Assembly (NCBI RefSeq): GCF_009914755.1
Contig: NC_060932.1
Strand: one strand, 5' to 3'
DNA from: the human T2T-CHM13v2.0 reference genome, Homo sapiens
Length of the DNA: 64,000 nt
Part shown: piece by piece, positions 61,701 through 64,000 of the stretch
Layout of the letters: every line of letters begins with the position of its first letter
How positions within the stretch are numbered: the first letter of the stretch is position 1
Notes under the pieces: model-generated
Databases searched by the model: none
What the model was told of the DNA's origin: nothing
The model's input: the letters and a program-made list of their open reading frames with translations, nothing else
Position numbers and translations under genes: made by a program

Positions 61701-62079
61701 TTTACAAATAAATATTAAAGACTTTTCTACTTAAGATAATTCAATGTTTTCTAATATGACAAAAGTTGAAAAATATAGAGAATAAATTTCAACTAAAGTT
61801 TGTGTCATAGCTTGATTGATTTAATTTTTTAAAGTTTGGGCAAAAATTATAATGCATATATTAGCTGTACTATTTTAACATCATTATTCTCAGTTCTACT
61901 GAAAAAAATTATTTTTGTGATTGAAATTCACTGATTTAGCATTGATTAAAGGGATAAGGATTCATCTTCAAAATTAAAATATAATAAAATAAGATATTAA
62001 AAAATATAATAAAAAGGCAACTGTTGATAAATATTGTTGGATATGTTGTCAGTTTTTTTAATATCAAAAGTCCTGACAT

Positions 62080-62304
62080 ATAGCCTGGGCAACATAGTGA
62101 GACCCTGTCTGTACAAAAAATAAATAAATAAATTAGCAGGGCATGGTGGCGCTTGCCTGTAATCCTAGCAATTTAGGAGGCTGAAGTGGGAGTATTGCTT
62201 GAGTCCTGGAGTTTGAGCTGCAATGAGCCATGTTTTCACCACTGTACTCTAGCCTGGGTGACCAAGCAAGACTGTGTCTCCTTAAAAAAAAAAAAAAAAA
62301 AAAA
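62080..62304 (+). mobile_element. 5'-truncated Alu (AluJ-like)
   Basis: Starts at agcctgggcaacatagtgagaccc; A tail. Confidence 0.85.
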
Positions 62305-62539
62305 GTCTGACATTTTGTAAAAAGAAAAAAAAGATATATTGTCAGTTTTAGATTGGAATAAAGCACTTATTTTTGTGGAAGATTGTGAGGGAAGTCAAGG
62401 ATTACAAGTTAAGTACCGTCCTTTCTGGTGATTTTTTCCTGTTTAGTTTTAAATTTGAAATTATTCTGATATATTTCTGTTAACTTGATTGTTGAGAGGA
62501 ATTATATTCAACGGAATCAGTCAAAATAGGCATTTATCC

Positions 62540-62768
62540 AACCTGGGCAACATGGTGAGACCCCATCTTTATAAAAAAAAATAGCCAGGTGTGGTAGTGT
62601 GCACCTGTAGTCCTAACTACTCCGGAAGCTGAAGTGGGAGGATTGCTTGAGCCCTGGAGGTTTTAGGCTGCAGTGACCCATGATCGTGCTACTGCACTGC
62701 AGCCTGGGTGACAGAGGAAGACCCTGTGTCAAAAACACAAACAAAGGCAAACAACAACAAAACAAAAT
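62540..62768 (+). mobile_element. 5'-truncated Alu (AluJ-like)
   Basis: Starts at acctgggcaacatggtgagaccc; CAA-type tail. Confidence 0.85.
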
Positions 62769-63003
62769 AGTCATTTGTGTATAAAATTTTTATAGACTTC
62801 TTGGGCAGTATTTGTCAATAGTTAATATATCTTTTTATAATTTTAGAACATTTATGTTTCTTAAAGTTTGCTCTTAGGGAAATACCTTGATATTAAGGAG
62901 GAAAGCATTAGAATTCATTGCTCAGCTTAGATTTGAAGAATGTTTGGAATTAATTTCTGGTTCATATTTTTGTTAAGAAAACAAGATCATGTTTCTACAT
63001 TAG

Positions 63004-63395
<392 letters not shown>

Positions 63396-63837
63396 ATGAG
63401 TCCTTTTAATCAATTAATTGCTTTTTCTCTATAATAATTGTAGACAGCTGAAGAGGGATCAATTTAAAAAAATTCAAGTTTACTTCAGTAATCATTCTAG
63501 ATTACAGAATTGTGCTTTAAAATAGCTACATTGTATATATCAGTACTAGAAACATCCAAGAAATAGGAGTCTACATTACATAAAAATATAAAATATAAAA
63601 AGCTTTATTATAAAGAATGAGAATAATTAGTTGATACTCAATATAGAGAAGTCACTGTGCTTAAAATTGTAACTTTCTAGTTCAAGAACTTTCATTAGGC
63701 CTAAGTTAAATATTGGTTTTTTTAAAAATGTGAGCTTTGACTTTGCATTTAAAAGTGATGAATATATCTATGTCGTAAGAATGAGGGGAAGTAAATAATT
63801 GGCAAACACATGCTGAATACCTTTTTTAAAAAAGTAA

Positions 63838-64000
63838 CCTTTTCTTTTTGGAATAATTTTAGAGTTACAGACAGGTTGCAAAGATAGTACAGAGAGTTCC
63901 TTTATGTTCTTTACCCAGTTTCCCTTATTGTTATGTTATCACAGTATATTTGTCAAAACTAAGAAGGCTTCATTGATGCATTACTGTTACATTTTGAACA
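63838..64000 (-). mobile_element. L1MC-type 3' end fragment
   Basis: ggaataattttagagttacag...ttgcaaagatagtacagagagttcc...acccagtttccc. Confidence 0.6.

Overview
Primate (almost certainly human) genomic DNA from inside the VPS13B/COH1 gene, transcribed on the + strand. The window holds five coding exons: 29029-29149, 35670-35837, 43815-43996, 48417-48591 and 53894-54162 (exons 4-8 by recalled numbering). All have GT-AG ends and splice into one open frame. Exon 8 also has a read-through terminal extension. The rest is intron, mostly interspersed repeats: about 35 Alus, a full-length antisense L1PA4-like element, old L1M/L2/MIR relics, MaLR, MER4 and MLT2A LTRs, and hAT/Tigger DNA transposons. 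There are no prokaryotic systems, CRISPR arrays or RNA genes. Three observations stand out. (1) The full-length L1's antisense promoter points into VPS13B; its frameshifted ORF0 has gained a new upstream ATG, and both ORF0 splice donors are in phase with exon 4. (2) A young L1 carries a ~410-bp 3' transduction and a 5' inversion inside one target-site duplication (TSD). (3) A 136-bp locally templated insertion lies in an old L1. Repeat subfamily calls come from remembered consensus sequences, and old-repeat boundaries are approximate.
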